In this document: in pieces, positions 39,774 to 49,624 of the stretch | Layout: each line of letters begins with the position of its first letter | How positions within the stretch are numbered: position 1 is the stretch's first letter | IMG/VR virus record: IMGVR_UViG_3300014204_000110 | Length of the DNA stretch: 64,000 bases | Direction: 5' to 3' (one strand) | Source of the DNA: a virus | Taxonomy: Duplodnaviria > Caudoviricetes | Notes under the pieces: model-generated | The model's database searches: none | What the model saw: only the letters and a program-made list of their open reading frames with translations | What the model was told of the DNA's origin: nothing | Position numbers and translations under genes: made by a program

Positions 39774-39998
39774 TAAATGTAGTTCTTTTATATGTTCAAT
39801 TTCTTTCCAGAGCTGGATAAATGACATTGTAACATTGTTGTCTAACACTTCTATTAATAGCTAATTAATAGTCATTCCAGATGCGCCTTTAACAATATTA
39901 TAAGTTCTACTAAAATCGCGTTATGGGTTTAGGCAGTGTCCCATTAGTATACTATTATAATATTATAACCTAAGTTATATATAAAAGAACTACATTTA
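39774..39998 (-). ncRNA. putative 225-nt structured RNA closed by a perfect 20-bp stem
   Basis: 39774-93 TAAATGTAGTTCTTTTATAT is the exact reverse complement of 39979-98; fills the whole intergenic gap. Confidence 0.55.
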
Positions 39999-40224
39999 AG
40001 TTACCAATTGTATCTTTTATGACAATATATGATTCCAATAGTCATACATATTGATCCAATTATAGTAGAATAAATAGCATTCCAATGCATATTTGTTTCA
40101 ATAGCAAACCCAAGAGCTACTAGAAATGCTGAAACACCAAATATAAAACTAAATAATCCTAAAGAATCTTTAATAAAAGTATAATCTTTTTTAACTAATT
40201 CTTTTTCTTTTAACATAATATCTC

Positions 40225-41343
40225 CTATTCATATGTTCTTATTACAATTCCACGAGCATGACAAGGAATTAAATCTTTCGAAAAATATTGGAATCTTACT
40301 GTCAAAGGTTGACCAATAAGAGAATTAATATTATCTAACCATTCCTTTCTCTTACTACGACTACCTTTTGGTCTAACGTCAAACTCTTTACCTTCTTTAG
40401 TTTTACATCTAAATACAACGGTCCCAATATCATCACCGTCTGCACTTACACCACCAATAATTTCGAATTCATCCTCTAAGAAATCTTTTTTCTTGAGTAA
40501 ATCTATACTACGATGGTTAAATTTATAAAGTCCATGTTTATTTCTGATCATTGATCCTTCAAAACCAAGACTTGTAAATTGTTTATGATATTTTTCAATA
40601 TCTTCCATACATGTAACTTCATATGATGGAACTTCAACTAACTTTCCATATTTTCTAAATCCAAATTCATTTTTTTCTGTAGATTGGTTAAAAAACTCTT
40701 TAATAGTTTTATATCGATCGTCGTAGATTACTTCTTTTTTTGGAATATCAAATATCCAATATTCTAAATTTGGAGTATCTTTATTATATTTTTTACAAGC
40801 AGAAGTGATATCTTGTAATGGAAGACCGTGAAGATAAGCTTCACCATCTCCATTTTCTAATACTTTTAAAAGTTCTTTAGTATCTAGATGTAGATGTTCT
40901 AAAGCAGGATATTCTTTTCCTTTTTTAGATTTAAGTAGTATTTTATTATCTACTTCTTCTGAAGTTAATCTGTTACCATCAAGTTTTGGACTAATATATG
41001 CTGGAAGTACTATTTTATGAGCATATTTAGTTATATTTTGAGCTTTCATTGGTAATGGTACTGTGATATTTATATCTTCAATATCTTCTACATATCCTTC
41101 ATCAAGTTTTTTATTAAGTTTACTTTGAGCTTCATTAAGACCTTGTTGCCAAGGAGTGGTCTCATTACTTTTTCCAATATTGACAGATTTAATTTCTTTA
41201 GAAGATGTAGTTTGTTTACCATCTTGATATCCATGTGTAACTTCTAATGTTACGGTTTCTCCAGTTTTATTTACTTCACATTGCCATATTTTTGTCTTAT
41301 CATTAGAAGCTTTAGCATATATTGGACCAAATTGTTGTTTCAT
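40225..41343 (-). CDS. lig: ATP-dependent DNA ligase
   Basis: PKLDGNR, DGEAY, WIFDI, GFEGSMIR, RSIDLLKKK, C-terminal OB domain. Confidence 0.93.
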   Translation of the reverse strand: MKQQFGPIYAKASNDKTKIWQCEVNKTGETVTLEVTHGYQDGKQTTSSKEIKSVNIGKSNETTPWQQGLNEAQSKLNKKLDEGYVEDIEDINITVPLPMKAQNITKYAHKIVLPAYISPKLDGNRLTSEEVDNKILLKSKKGKEYPALEHLHLDTKELLKVLENGDGEAYLHGLPLQDITSACKKYNKDTPNLEYWIFDIPKKEVIYDDRYKTIKEFFNQSTEKNEFGFRKYGKLVEVPSYEVTCMEDIEKYHKQFTSLGFEGSMIRNKHGLYKFNHRSIDLLKKKDFLEDEFEIIGGVSADGDDIGTVVFRCKTKEGKEFDVRPKGSRSKRKEWLDNINSLIGQPLTVRFQYFSKDLIPCHARGIVIRTYE

Positions 41344-41351
41344 AATTATCC

Positions 41352-42011
41352 TTAATTAGTAAATAAACCTTTACTAAAACTTTCAAGTTTAATATCATCA
41401 TTTGATGTTGTTGATCGTGTACTCATATATCTTACTGAAGCAGTGTTAACATTATTCCACATATCTGTTGTTCCAGTAGAATCGCTAGAATATTTAAGTG
41501 AACTTCCTCCAGCTAAATTTAAAGTATATTTTACTACTGAAAGATCTTGATTAGCTCCGATGTAATTTATTGTCCATCGTTTTGTATCTAGACGTTCAGA
41601 GATCATTTCTGAAATTTGTTTACTGTTATATTCTACTGAACAGTTTTCTGCTCCATCACTTATGATTAAAATAACGTAAGTTGTAAAATCATTATCAATT
41701 ATGCTATTTTTCATTTCATTAAGTAATTTAGCAACACCGTCGTACATTGCTGTTGTACCATTAGGATTATAATCTTTATCTGTAAAATCAACGATGTTAT
41801 TTATAGGTGTAGCATTAAACACTGTAGAAATATTATCTCTACTTGAAAATTTAACAAGGGTAAGTGTGGTTTCAATGTCTGAAAACTTTTTATATTCTTG
41901 TATGTGTTCATTAAGTCCAGAAACCGTTTCTCGTCTGGAACTAGCCATACTACCACTTTCGTCTAGTGCAATGCCTATATGTACTATTTTTTTATCAGCT
42001 CTAAGATTCAT
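41352..42011 (-). CDS. vWA (MIDAS) domain protein with N-terminal NLR tag
   Basis: LDESGSM, GTTAMYDG, ISDGAENCS, YIGANQD; starts MNLRAD. Confidence 0.88.
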   Translation of the reverse strand: MNLRADKKIVHIGIALDESGSMASSRRETVSGLNEHIQEYKKFSDIETTLTLVKFSSRDNISTVFNATPINNIVDFTDKDYNPNGTTAMYDGVAKLLNEMKNSIIDNDFTTYVILIISDGAENCSVEYNSKQISEMISERLDTKRWTINYIGANQDLSVVKYTLNLAGGSSLKYSSDSTGTTDMWNNVNTASVRYMSTRSTTSNDDIKLESFSKGLFTN

Positions 42012-42542
42012 TGTATGTCCTCCAATGTGTTTGTTAATTTATTTGTCATTTCTACTAATTTATTAGAATCATCTATTCTAAGATTAATAGTTTTTTTAAT
42101 GTTCATATATTTTTGAATATCATTTACTTGTTCTTTAATATCTTTAAGTACTTGTTGATTTGTTTGAACATATGAACTTATACAATTTCTAATTTGAGTA
42201 AGATATTCTATATTTATTTCTAATTGTTCAAATTTTCTTATTTTATTAGTTATTTCTTTTGAATAATTAACAGTATTATCTATATTATAACATCTATGAT
42301 CTAGCTCAATTATAACATCTATGATCTAGCTCATTAACATCTATTTTTAAACTTTGTATAGATTCTTGTATTTCTTTGTATTGTTCTTGATTCATATCTA
42401 GTTCTTTTAGTAATAAACTTTCTATGATTTCTGTACATATTGGACAAAATTCATCAGAATTATGTCTATCAAGGATACCTCTAAGTATTGTTTTATCATT
42501 TAGTGATATTCCTGGATGTGATGTTATAATATCTTTATTCAT
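42008..42542 (-). pseudogene. 169-aa gene frameshifted by a 25-bp tandem duplication
   Basis: removing one copy of 42284-42333 restores one ORF ending in an ATGA overlap with the vWA start; N-terminus paralogous to 42539..42790. Confidence 0.75.
42284..42333. repeat. perfect 25-bp tandem duplication
   Basis: ATTATAACATCTATGATCTAGCTCA x2. Confidence 0.95.
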
Positions 42543-42790
42543 TTTAAGTTCTCTAATGCGCATTTAATATTATCTAGATCATATAAAATGCCGTCAATCT
42601 TTTCTTTATTTAAGGCTGGTTCTTCATGTATGTCATAATCAAATTTAAGTTCTTGATTAAGTAATGCATCAATAATATCAGAGGCAATTGGTCCAAATTC
42701 ATCAGTATTATATTTAGATAAGATATTATATAATATATTTTTATTTTCAAGAGTTATTTGATTATTACATGATATGTATGATTTATTCAT
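42539..42790 (-). CDS. hypothetical protein, tandem paralog of the downstream gene
   Basis: shared MNK..I.....I.L..K.IL..IL...N.DEF.PI...II..LL..EL. Confidence 0.65.
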   Translation of the reverse strand: MNKSYISCNNQITLENKNILYNILSKYNTDEFGPIASDIIDALLNQELKFDYDIHEEPALNKEKIDGILYDLDNIKCALENLK

Positions 42791-42805
42791 ATAAATCCTT
42801 TATAA

Positions 42806-42891
42806 TGCGGAAGGCGAGATTTGAACTCGCATGAAGCAATTGCTTCCTAAGATTTTAAGTCTTATTTGTAAACCAATTCCAACACAACCGC
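42806..42891 (-). tRNA. tRNA-Leu(TAA)
   Basis: TAAGA-CTTAAAA-TCTTA, long variable arm, GCGAG-TTCAAAT-CTCGC; two U.U mismatches in acceptor stem. Confidence 0.8.
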
Positions 42892-43750
42892 ATAAAATTA
42901 TTTAAATATTATTCCAGTAGATTTTTCTTCTTCTTTTTTATCAAAATTATAAGTTTCTACATATTTTCTATTAGGATCAGTACCATTAGGAAATGTTTTA
43001 GTACTAGTAATGTTTATAGGAAATTCTTCAACAATTTCTTCAATTACTTTTATTTTAACTATTTTAACGTGTTCATCTAGATAATAACTACAAACATGTC
43101 TACTTCCATAACTAGCTTTACCTAGAGAAGTATAAAAATCTTGTTTACCAATAGAATTTCCATCTTTATTAATTATTCTATAAGTTATATATTCTTTCAT
43201 ATTAATTATAGTTAATTTCTGCAAATTTTATTGGTTTTGTAGATTTATGTTTTACATCAATACGTCGTTTAGCTAGACCACCAACCATGAGTTCATGTCC
43301 ACCAATGAATTGATGAACATCATGCATCAGTTTTTGTAGGTCTTCTTGTTTTCCAATGAGATCGAATTTTGTTGTTTTTTTGTACAGGATTACTTTTTTG
43401 CTTTTTATTTCTTTCATTTAAAACCTCCAGTTTTAGGTAATTAGATATTAAAAATTGTCTTGTTACTATGTATCTTACTGTTGTATTTATTTTACGAACT
43501 AAAAGTTTATTTATTTTTATAAAAGTGATTATAACATTATCTACTTTATTAGTTTTATTTACTAAGACATCACCAACTTTTAGTTTCATATAATGTCCTT
43601 GTTAAATTATTTATTCTTCTTGATAGGTTGTATCTTTCTTAGGTTTTTCTAGTTTATTTTGTTTTCGAAGTCTTCGAGATCTAGAAATAGGATCTTCGTC
43701 TTCTTCATTTAAAAGAAGATCCAATTCTTCTGGAGAAACCTTTGGCATAC

Positions 43751-44464
43751 CTAACCTTTCTGTTGAAACATTTTACGTTTAAATGCACTTCTGTGACATT
43801 CGCAAAATTGTGGATATACAGATTGTCTTGAGTCATAAGTAATTAAAAAAGTATTAGAACATCTATTATTTAATTTATTTAAAGCATGGCATCGTATTTT
43901 AAGGCTTTGACCATTATGCAATCTTTTTTTATATTTAATTGATAGTATGATATTTTTACCATCAGGATCTGATAAAACAGATCTTGGAATACTTTTATTA
44001 TATAATTGTCGAGCTTCAATACATCTGATATCATCACAATATTTTTTTGTACCAATACCCATAAAAGTATTTATACATCCTACAAACTTACATATTTTAA
44101 GTCTTTTTTGATTTTTTGTAGGCCTTATATGTATTGGTGGATATCCACGTAGATTTAATATTTTTCCAGATTTATTTCTGTATTTTTCGAGATATATATT
44201 ATCGATTTCAAATTCTCCTGATAAAAGTGCATTTATACGTTCAAGATGTTTATTACATACTTCATAACCTTGAATAGATATTCCATCATGCTTAAGTTTT
44301 CCAGTTATACAAAAATATGCTTGTGCTGGTTCATCACAAAACATACAAGTTTTACTTGTTATATCTAAACTATTTCCTCTTACAACTTGAACAACACATT
44401 CCATTTTGTTCCTCAAATATCTTTCCGTAAGTATCTTCCCAATATTTGCGATATTTTGCTGCAA
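43751..44464 (-). CDS. Cys-rich zinc-binding protein (start uncertain)
   Basis: CMFC..VC..H, CKFVGC..KYC..C, C..C..FCECH. Confidence 0.5.
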   Translation of the reverse strand: MQQNIANIGKILTERYLRNKMECVVQVVRGNSLDITSKTCMFCDEPAQAYFCITGKLKHDGISIQGYEVCNKHLERINALLSGEFEIDNIYLEKYRNKSGKILNLRGYPPIHIRPTKNQKRLKICKFVGCINTFMGIGTKKYCDDIRCIEARQLYNKSIPRSVLSDPDGKNIILSIKYKKRLHNGQSLKIRCHALNKLNNRCSNTFLITYDSRQSVYPQFCECHRSAFKRKMFQQKG

Positions 44465-44648
44465 ATTTTTCTATCCATTCACAGCATGCTTGATCCTGAA
44501 GATCATGTCCACATTTTTCACTTTCAATCCATTTATGAATTTCTATTTCTTTTTTTTGATCTTCTAGAAACTTTTTAAACTTTGCGTCATTAAGTAACTT
44601 ATGTTTTAAAGTTTTACTTTTTTTATAGTTTTTTACCAACATACTCAC
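44370..44648 (-). CDS. DUF4032-like small protein
   Basis: EIEIHKWIESEKCGHDL...A..EWI..FA..YR. Confidence 0.6.
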   Translation of the reverse strand: MSMLVKNYKKSKTLKHKLLNDAKFKKFLEDQKKEIEIHKWIESEKCGHDLQDQACCEWIEKFAAKYRKYWEDTYGKIFEEQNGMCCSSCKRK

Positions 44649-44971
44649 CTCATGGTTTTAAAACTATTGTTTCGTTGTTATATTTGAATATAGCACAATA
44701 TTTAACTGATGGTCTTAGCATTTCTAATACTGGAAAATCAAATATTGTAAGTTCTTTAGGTTTTTTATTACAACCTATTCTTATATCATCTTTATATAAA
44801 ATTATTGTCATATTTATCCTTAATCGTAAATTATTATTTTAATTGGAATGTCATTTTTATAAATTATTTCACATATACATTTATATTTATACTCAAGTAA
44901 AAAGTTTTTGTCTTTACATTTTTCTATAAATTCGTTATAATTAAATATTTGTTTCATAAATATCCATATAT

Positions 44972-45072
44972 TAATATAAGAAAGGAAAGAGCACTAACTT
45001 ACCTAGGTTTTGTTTTTTTGACGTTCAGTTCCCATTACTGACTTGTAGTGTTTTTGTTTTAATCCTATATTA
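44972..45072 (-). ncRNA. putative structured RNA downstream of pncA
   Basis: UAAUAUAGGA/UCUUAUAUUA closing stem (G.U on minus), CACUA/UAGUG, UCAGU/ACUGA. Confidence 0.35.
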
Positions 45073-45077
45073 TATTA

Positions 45078-45926
45078 TTATTTTAAATAGTTATCTGTAG
45101 TATCTATTTTAACATTATATTTAGCTAGAAAGCTATGAAACTTTTTCTTAAGTTCAGGTACTGCTCCTACAGCAGCTGTTCCATCACTTAGAAATACCAT
45201 CTTTTTAGCAATCTGTTGAGCAATAGCATCATCTCCTTGAGATATCTGAAGAATAAAATCAACGAAACTATTCATAAGACAATAATCTTCTGCAAGACCA
45301 GCCCAAGCGAGTTCATCTAGATTGTTAAGAGAATTAATAAGAAACATATTTACATCAGTAGATGGATCACTTGCATCTGGTACTTCAGCTTTAAATACAG
45401 AAAAATGTTCAGCAAATATATTAGATCCTTTTGTTGTCTTATTTATTGGACGATTTTTAAGATCTTCCCATTCACATAAAGCTTTATATAAATTAGCTTG
45501 AATAGACATACCATCTGTTCCAATAAGACAATGTTCTGTCCATATTGTATGTTCAATGCGTTCAAGACCAAGCTTTTCACGTTCGTTATTTCTAACTGCT
45601 AGGTCTTTGATATACTTCTGTTGTCTACTTTGCCATGCTGGATTAGAAGCTCTCCAGATTGCTGTAGGACCTATTATATCGCTTTCTTTCATTTGAGTGA
45701 TGAATGGATCAGGATTTTTTCCTTGAGCGTTAATCCACATCCTAGGATGTCCTATATGATGTCTATGGTGTGCGTCTAGAGTGATATCGATACTAAATAA
45801 ATCTTTCTTTACTCTCTTAATCATATCTGCAACTCGATCAAGAGCGTCATTACCACCAGTTACAGCTAGTTTACCACCTTCACAGAAATCTACTTGAGGA
45901 TCAATAACAATAAGTCCTACTTTCAT
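45078..45926 (-). CDS. pncA: nicotinamidase / isochorismatase family
   Basis: VIDPQVDFCEGGKLAV, TLDAH, W.EHC.IG, KG, GLAEDYC. Confidence 0.85.
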   Translation of the reverse strand: MKVGLIVIDPQVDFCEGGKLAVTGGNDALDRVADMIKRVKKDLFSIDITLDAHHRHHIGHPRMWINAQGKNPDPFITQMKESDIIGPTAIWRASNPAWQSRQQKYIKDLAVRNNEREKLGLERIEHTIWTEHCLIGTDGMSIQANLYKALCEWEDLKNRPINKTTKGSNIFAEHFSVFKAEVPDASDPSTDVNMFLINSLNNLDELAWAGLAEDYCLMNSFVDFILQISQGDDAIAQQIAKKMVFLSDGTAAVGAVPELKKKFHSFLAKYNVKIDTTDNYLK

Positions 45927-45929
45927 ATT

Positions 45930-46406
45930 TTACTCCTTAAGTTTATAGGTTAAATTAAAAGTATCTTTTTCAATACGATAAATATCATCAACAGTATCTG
46001 GAACTTTGCAAATATAATCTCCAAAATTACATATCATTTCTTCATTCCAAGGAGCTAAAAAAGTAATAGATTCTCCAATATATTCAAAAGCATCAGTTTC
46101 ACCTTTTGGGATTACTATAAGCCATATATTATTGTTGTATGTGATTTGTGCTTTAGTATTTATATATCTATTATTAAAAACTTTTTCTGTTATTAAATAT
46201 GTTTCGTTTTTACCATTAACTGTAATATTTTGAATAACACAATTAAATTCATTATTAGATATATTAGTTGTTTCTATTTTATTATCTAGAACTGAAACTA
46301 TTAATTCATTAGGTAATGCTTTTCGATATATAAATTTTCCAGATTTAGCATACCTTTTTGTTTGATTAGAGTTAAATAAATTAATTAATTCAGTTTTAGA
46401 TAACAT
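45930..46406 (-). CDS. PGDYG-like phage protein
   Basis: APWNEEM....GDYI......DIYRIEKDTFNLTY. Confidence 0.55.
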   Translation of the reverse strand: MLSKTELINLFNSNQTKRYAKSGKFIYRKALPNELIVSVLDNKIETTNISNNEFNCVIQNITVNGKNETYLITEKVFNNRYINTKAQITYNNNIWLIVIPKGETDAFEYIGESITFLAPWNEEMICNFGDYICKVPDTVDDIYRIEKDTFNLTYKLKE

Positions 46407-46407
46407 G

Positions 46408-46812
46408 TTAAACTCCTATAGTTTTTTGTTTATACCAATTAAATTGAATTGAAGTTTCTTTTTTATGACAATTAGAACACATAATTTTACATTTAGATAT
46501 TTCTTTTTTTATTGTATCTAAACTCATATTTAACATGTGTGATATTACATATTTTTTATCTCTAAGATGATGAAATTCTAGACATCTTATATCTTTTTCA
46601 CCACATTTACATGGATTTTCTAAAAGATATTGAATTAAGAAATTCTGATTATGTTCAACTGTTTTAATTAATGATATTTTTCTTAATTTTTTAACAATAG
46701 GATTCAAACGTTTAATTCTATATTCTTCATTATAACACGTTTTACATTTTGCTGATCTACTATTAAATTCATCTTTAAATTTCCAGTCATTACATTTTTT
46801 ACATAATTTCAT
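46408..46812 (-). CDS. HNH endonuclease
   Basis: PCKCGEKD.RCLEFHH...EI.KC.IMCSNCH; same family as 36919..37323. Confidence 0.8.
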   Translation of the reverse strand: MKLCKKCNDWKFKDEFNSRSAKCKTCYNEEYRIKRLNPIVKKLRKISLIKTVEHNQNFLIQYLLENPCKCGEKDIRCLEFHHLRDKKYVISHMLNMSLDTIKKEISKCKIMCSNCHKKETSIQFNWYKQKTIGV

Positions 46813-46814
46813 GG

Positions 46815-47258
46815 TTATATATCATTTGAAGTTAATAATCCACTACATAAGAGATCTACTAGACGCGAATTTAAGGCATCACGTTCTAATTTATAACAAT
46901 CATCACATAATGTTTGTATCCAATCAAGATCTTTTCTTAATTTCCCAGATTTTCCATCATTTTCACATAGTGTATAAGATAATTGTTCAAATTGATTAAG
47001 TTGCCAGAATATTTTATTAAATATATCTTCCCATTCTTCTTTGGATAAATTTTCTTTTAATTTATCATAATTTAGATTTATTCTTAATCCACCTAATTTT
47101 TCTTTTATTTGAAATATTTCGATAAGTTTTTTTGTATCAATATCTGATAAGAAAGATAAAGTTAGATATATTAAACTATTCCATCCAGAACCGCATTCAA
47201 ATTTAAAATTATCTAGAAACATATATTTGTATTTATCTATAATTTCTTTTTCTGTCAT
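46815..47258 (-). CDS. conserved phage protein
   Basis: FECGSGW...QIKEKLGGLR...S...CE..G......WI.TLC..C. Confidence 0.65.
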   Translation of the reverse strand: MTEKEIIDKYKYMFLDNFKFECGSGWNSLIYLTLSFLSDIDTKKLIEIFQIKEKLGGLRINLNYDKLKENLSKEEWEDIFNKIFWQLNQFEQLSYTLCENDGKSGKLRKDLDWIQTLCDDCYKLERDALNSRLVDLLCSGLLTSNDI

Positions 47259-47575
47259 TAATCTTTCCTTAAATTTATATTTTTATATTTTGATATTATA
47301 TGATTATTTAAAAAAACTATATGAGCTTCTCCTCTATTCCAATCTCTATAAGATTCACTTATTAGTTTATATGAATATTTTCCAGTTAAAGATTTAAGTA
47401 TATTATCATCTATTGATTCTAAATTTTTTATAGTTGCTGTTCTTTCAGAAAATCTATTTCCATCAAGTAATGATATTAATTTTAATTCAAAAAAATTTAT
47501 CTGAGATAACATATAATAATTATAAAATGTATCTATTTCAAAAATATTTCCTATTTTATACATATTATTTTCCAA
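47258..47575 (-). CDS. hypothetical protein with C-terminal NLR tag
   Basis: ends YKNINLRKD*. Confidence 0.6.
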   Translation of the reverse strand: MENNMYKIGNIFEIDTFYNYYMLSQINFFELKLISLLDGNRFSERTATIKNLESIDDNILKSLTGKYSYKLISESYRDWNRGEAHIVFLNNHIISKYKNINLRKD

Positions 47576-48062
47576 ATATTTTTCTTATTAATGCTATAAT
47601 AATATGAACGCTTCCAAAAAACAATATCATAATATTTAGAATTATTAATTTATATATATTTATACAAAGTTTATTTATAAAATTTCCAATATTACTACCT
47701 AGATTGTCACAAAATTCAACTGAACGATCAAATTTAGCTTTATCAGAATTAGTAAACATTACTTTTCCTTTGGATAGTTATGAGTTCCTGGAGTAAATTT
47801 TGGTATTTTAGAAGTATCACCAAGTACACGAACGTAATCTCTTGTTATATCAAAAGATATTATAAGATCAAACTTTTTACCTTTTCTACTTTTATATTCT
47901 ACATCAATCCAATAACCTTTAAAAGTTCCTGTTTCTGACCATTGTTTAGTTATAACAATACGATCAGGATCTTGAGTTTTTCCTTCTTTTAGATTATTAC
48001 CAATTACTTTATAAACGTATTTTGTACATTCTGGTATTGTAAGTTTCATAAGATTTTCTATA

Positions 48063-48135
48063 ACTCCTGTAATGGATTTGAACCATTGATGATAGTTTTG
48101 CAGACTATAGACTTAGGCCACTTGTCTAACAGGAG
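48063..48135 (-). tRNA. tRNA-Cys(GCA)
   Basis: CTCCTGT/ACAGGAG, ATAGT-CTGCAAA-ACTAT, AATGG-TTCAAAT-CCATT, U73. Confidence 0.9.
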
Positions 48136-48141
48136 ATGTTA

Positions 48142-48252
48142 AATATTTAGTAAAACGTAGCTTACTCAAGGCTACTGGCTTAACTTATATTTATATATCT
48201 ATAAATATCATGTATGCTTATGTACATCATATAGAGTATTTTACTAAATATT
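48142..48252 (-). ncRNA. putative four-way-junction RNA immediately 5' of tRNA-Cys
   Basis: 14-bp closing stem AATATTTAGTAAAA/TTTTACTAAATATT enclosing three hairpins. Confidence 0.4.
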
Positions 48253-48662
48253 ATATTCTGAGATTGCTGGAATTTTGGTATTTTTCATAAATGACATAGT
48301 AACTCCATTTGATACTGGTCTTGTAGATTGAACTTTTGCTTCAATAAATGTACATACTTTTACTGGACTTGAAAGTTGAAACATTTCAGCACTTTTTGCT
48401 ATTACACTATCAAATGAAGAACAAATAGATCTTGGAAGATATTCTTTAATTTCAAATGGTTTGAAATATTTAATATCAATTGTATTAAGAGCATCTGTTT
48501 TACGTTTAGATGAGTCTCTACCAGTTTTACGACAGAAGTTATCATTTAAATGTGTAATTGAAAATCCTACCAGAAGTCTGTCATCTGGAGTTTTTTTGAT
48601 ACAATAACTATGAGCCAATGTATCTTTATTATCTTCTCTTACATGAAAATACAGTTCATCTT

Positions 48663-49076
48663 TCATTTTGTCTCCTTTTGAGTATTAGTTAATATGTTTA
48701 AATCTTGTGTACTTGCTGTTATAATACTAGAATTTATTAACTGCTTTAATCTAGCATGATTATATGTTCTATCTATTGCTTGTTTACTATCTTCTTTTTT
48801 AATTATATTATTATCAATAATAACATAGTTATATTTAATTATGTATATATTTCTAATTGTATCATTTATTTTAAATCCTAATGGAAGAATACAAGCTATA
48901 GCTATAAATAAACTTGCTACTCCAGATACTAACCATTTTGTAAGTTTATAATAATATAATTCTTCACCTTCAAGTTGTTTAGCTACTTTAAGTTTTTCAA
49001 GTTCAAGTATTTTATCTTCTGAAAGGTATTTATATGCATTTTTATCTTCTTTATTATGTCTAAGATTTAAGTTCAT
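48663..49076 (-). CDS. membrane protein with N-terminal NLR-like tag
   Basis: starts MNLNLRHN; one TM segment. Confidence 0.55.
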   Translation of the reverse strand: MNLNLRHNKEDKNAYKYLSEDKILELEKLKVAKQLEGEELYYYKLTKWLVSGVASLFIAIACILPLGFKINDTIRNIYIIKYNYVIIDNNIIKKEDSKQAIDRTYNHARLKQLINSSIITASTQDLNILTNTQKETK

Positions 49077-49624
49077 AAAAGCTCAATTGGTTTAAAGATT
49101 GTATTAGTTTTAAAAGTTTTTATAAACTCAGTTTTTATTGTAAAAGTATAACCTTTTCCAATGCAACCAAAAAGACCATAACTTTTCCAATCACAAATTC
49201 CAGAATTAGTTTTAGCTTTAAGTTTTGTATTACATTCATATGGATTTGTACTATGTCCTCCACAAAGTGGACATACAAACTTACCACTTGGAAATTTAAG
49301 TTTAAAATCTTCAAGAGTTTCAAATATTGCTATATTATCTATTCTTGGAAAGTTAGCTCTTTGATAATAATTTAAAGACCAATATGTTCGGTTACTTTCA
49401 AGTGCATCTAGAATAATATTTTTATCTATTCCTGTATGATGACTATAATGAGATATTAAACCATTAACGAATTTTATTAATTTTAAAGATTCTTTTTGTT
49501 CGTAAAATTGTACTTTATGATATTTTAAATTTGAACGAAAAGCATCTTTTCTTATTTGACTTAAAAGTTCTTTTGTTGTTTTCATAATGTTATAAATTTT
49601 GGTATAAAACCACCTTGAGTACAA
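49073..49624 (-). CDS. conserved phage zinc-finger protein
   Basis: [17 protein letters not shown]...[16 protein letters not shown]...[10 protein letters not shown]. Confidence 0.65.
   Translation of the reverse strand: MYSRWFYTKIYNIMKTTKELLSQIRKDAFRSNLKYHKVQFYEQKESLKLIKFVNGLISHYSHHTGIDKNIILDALESNRTYWSLNYYQRANFPRIDNIAIFETLEDFKLKFPSGKFVCPLCGGHSTNPYECNTKLKAKTNSGICDWKSYGLFGCIGKGYTFTIKTEFIKTFKTNTIFKPIELL

Noticed and set aside
2200-49076. NLR motif as a DNA-level promoter, operator or pure RBS artefact
   Set aside because: All six Leu and five Arg codons are used and seven copies follow the start codon; RBS overlap can only contribute to some C-terminal copies.
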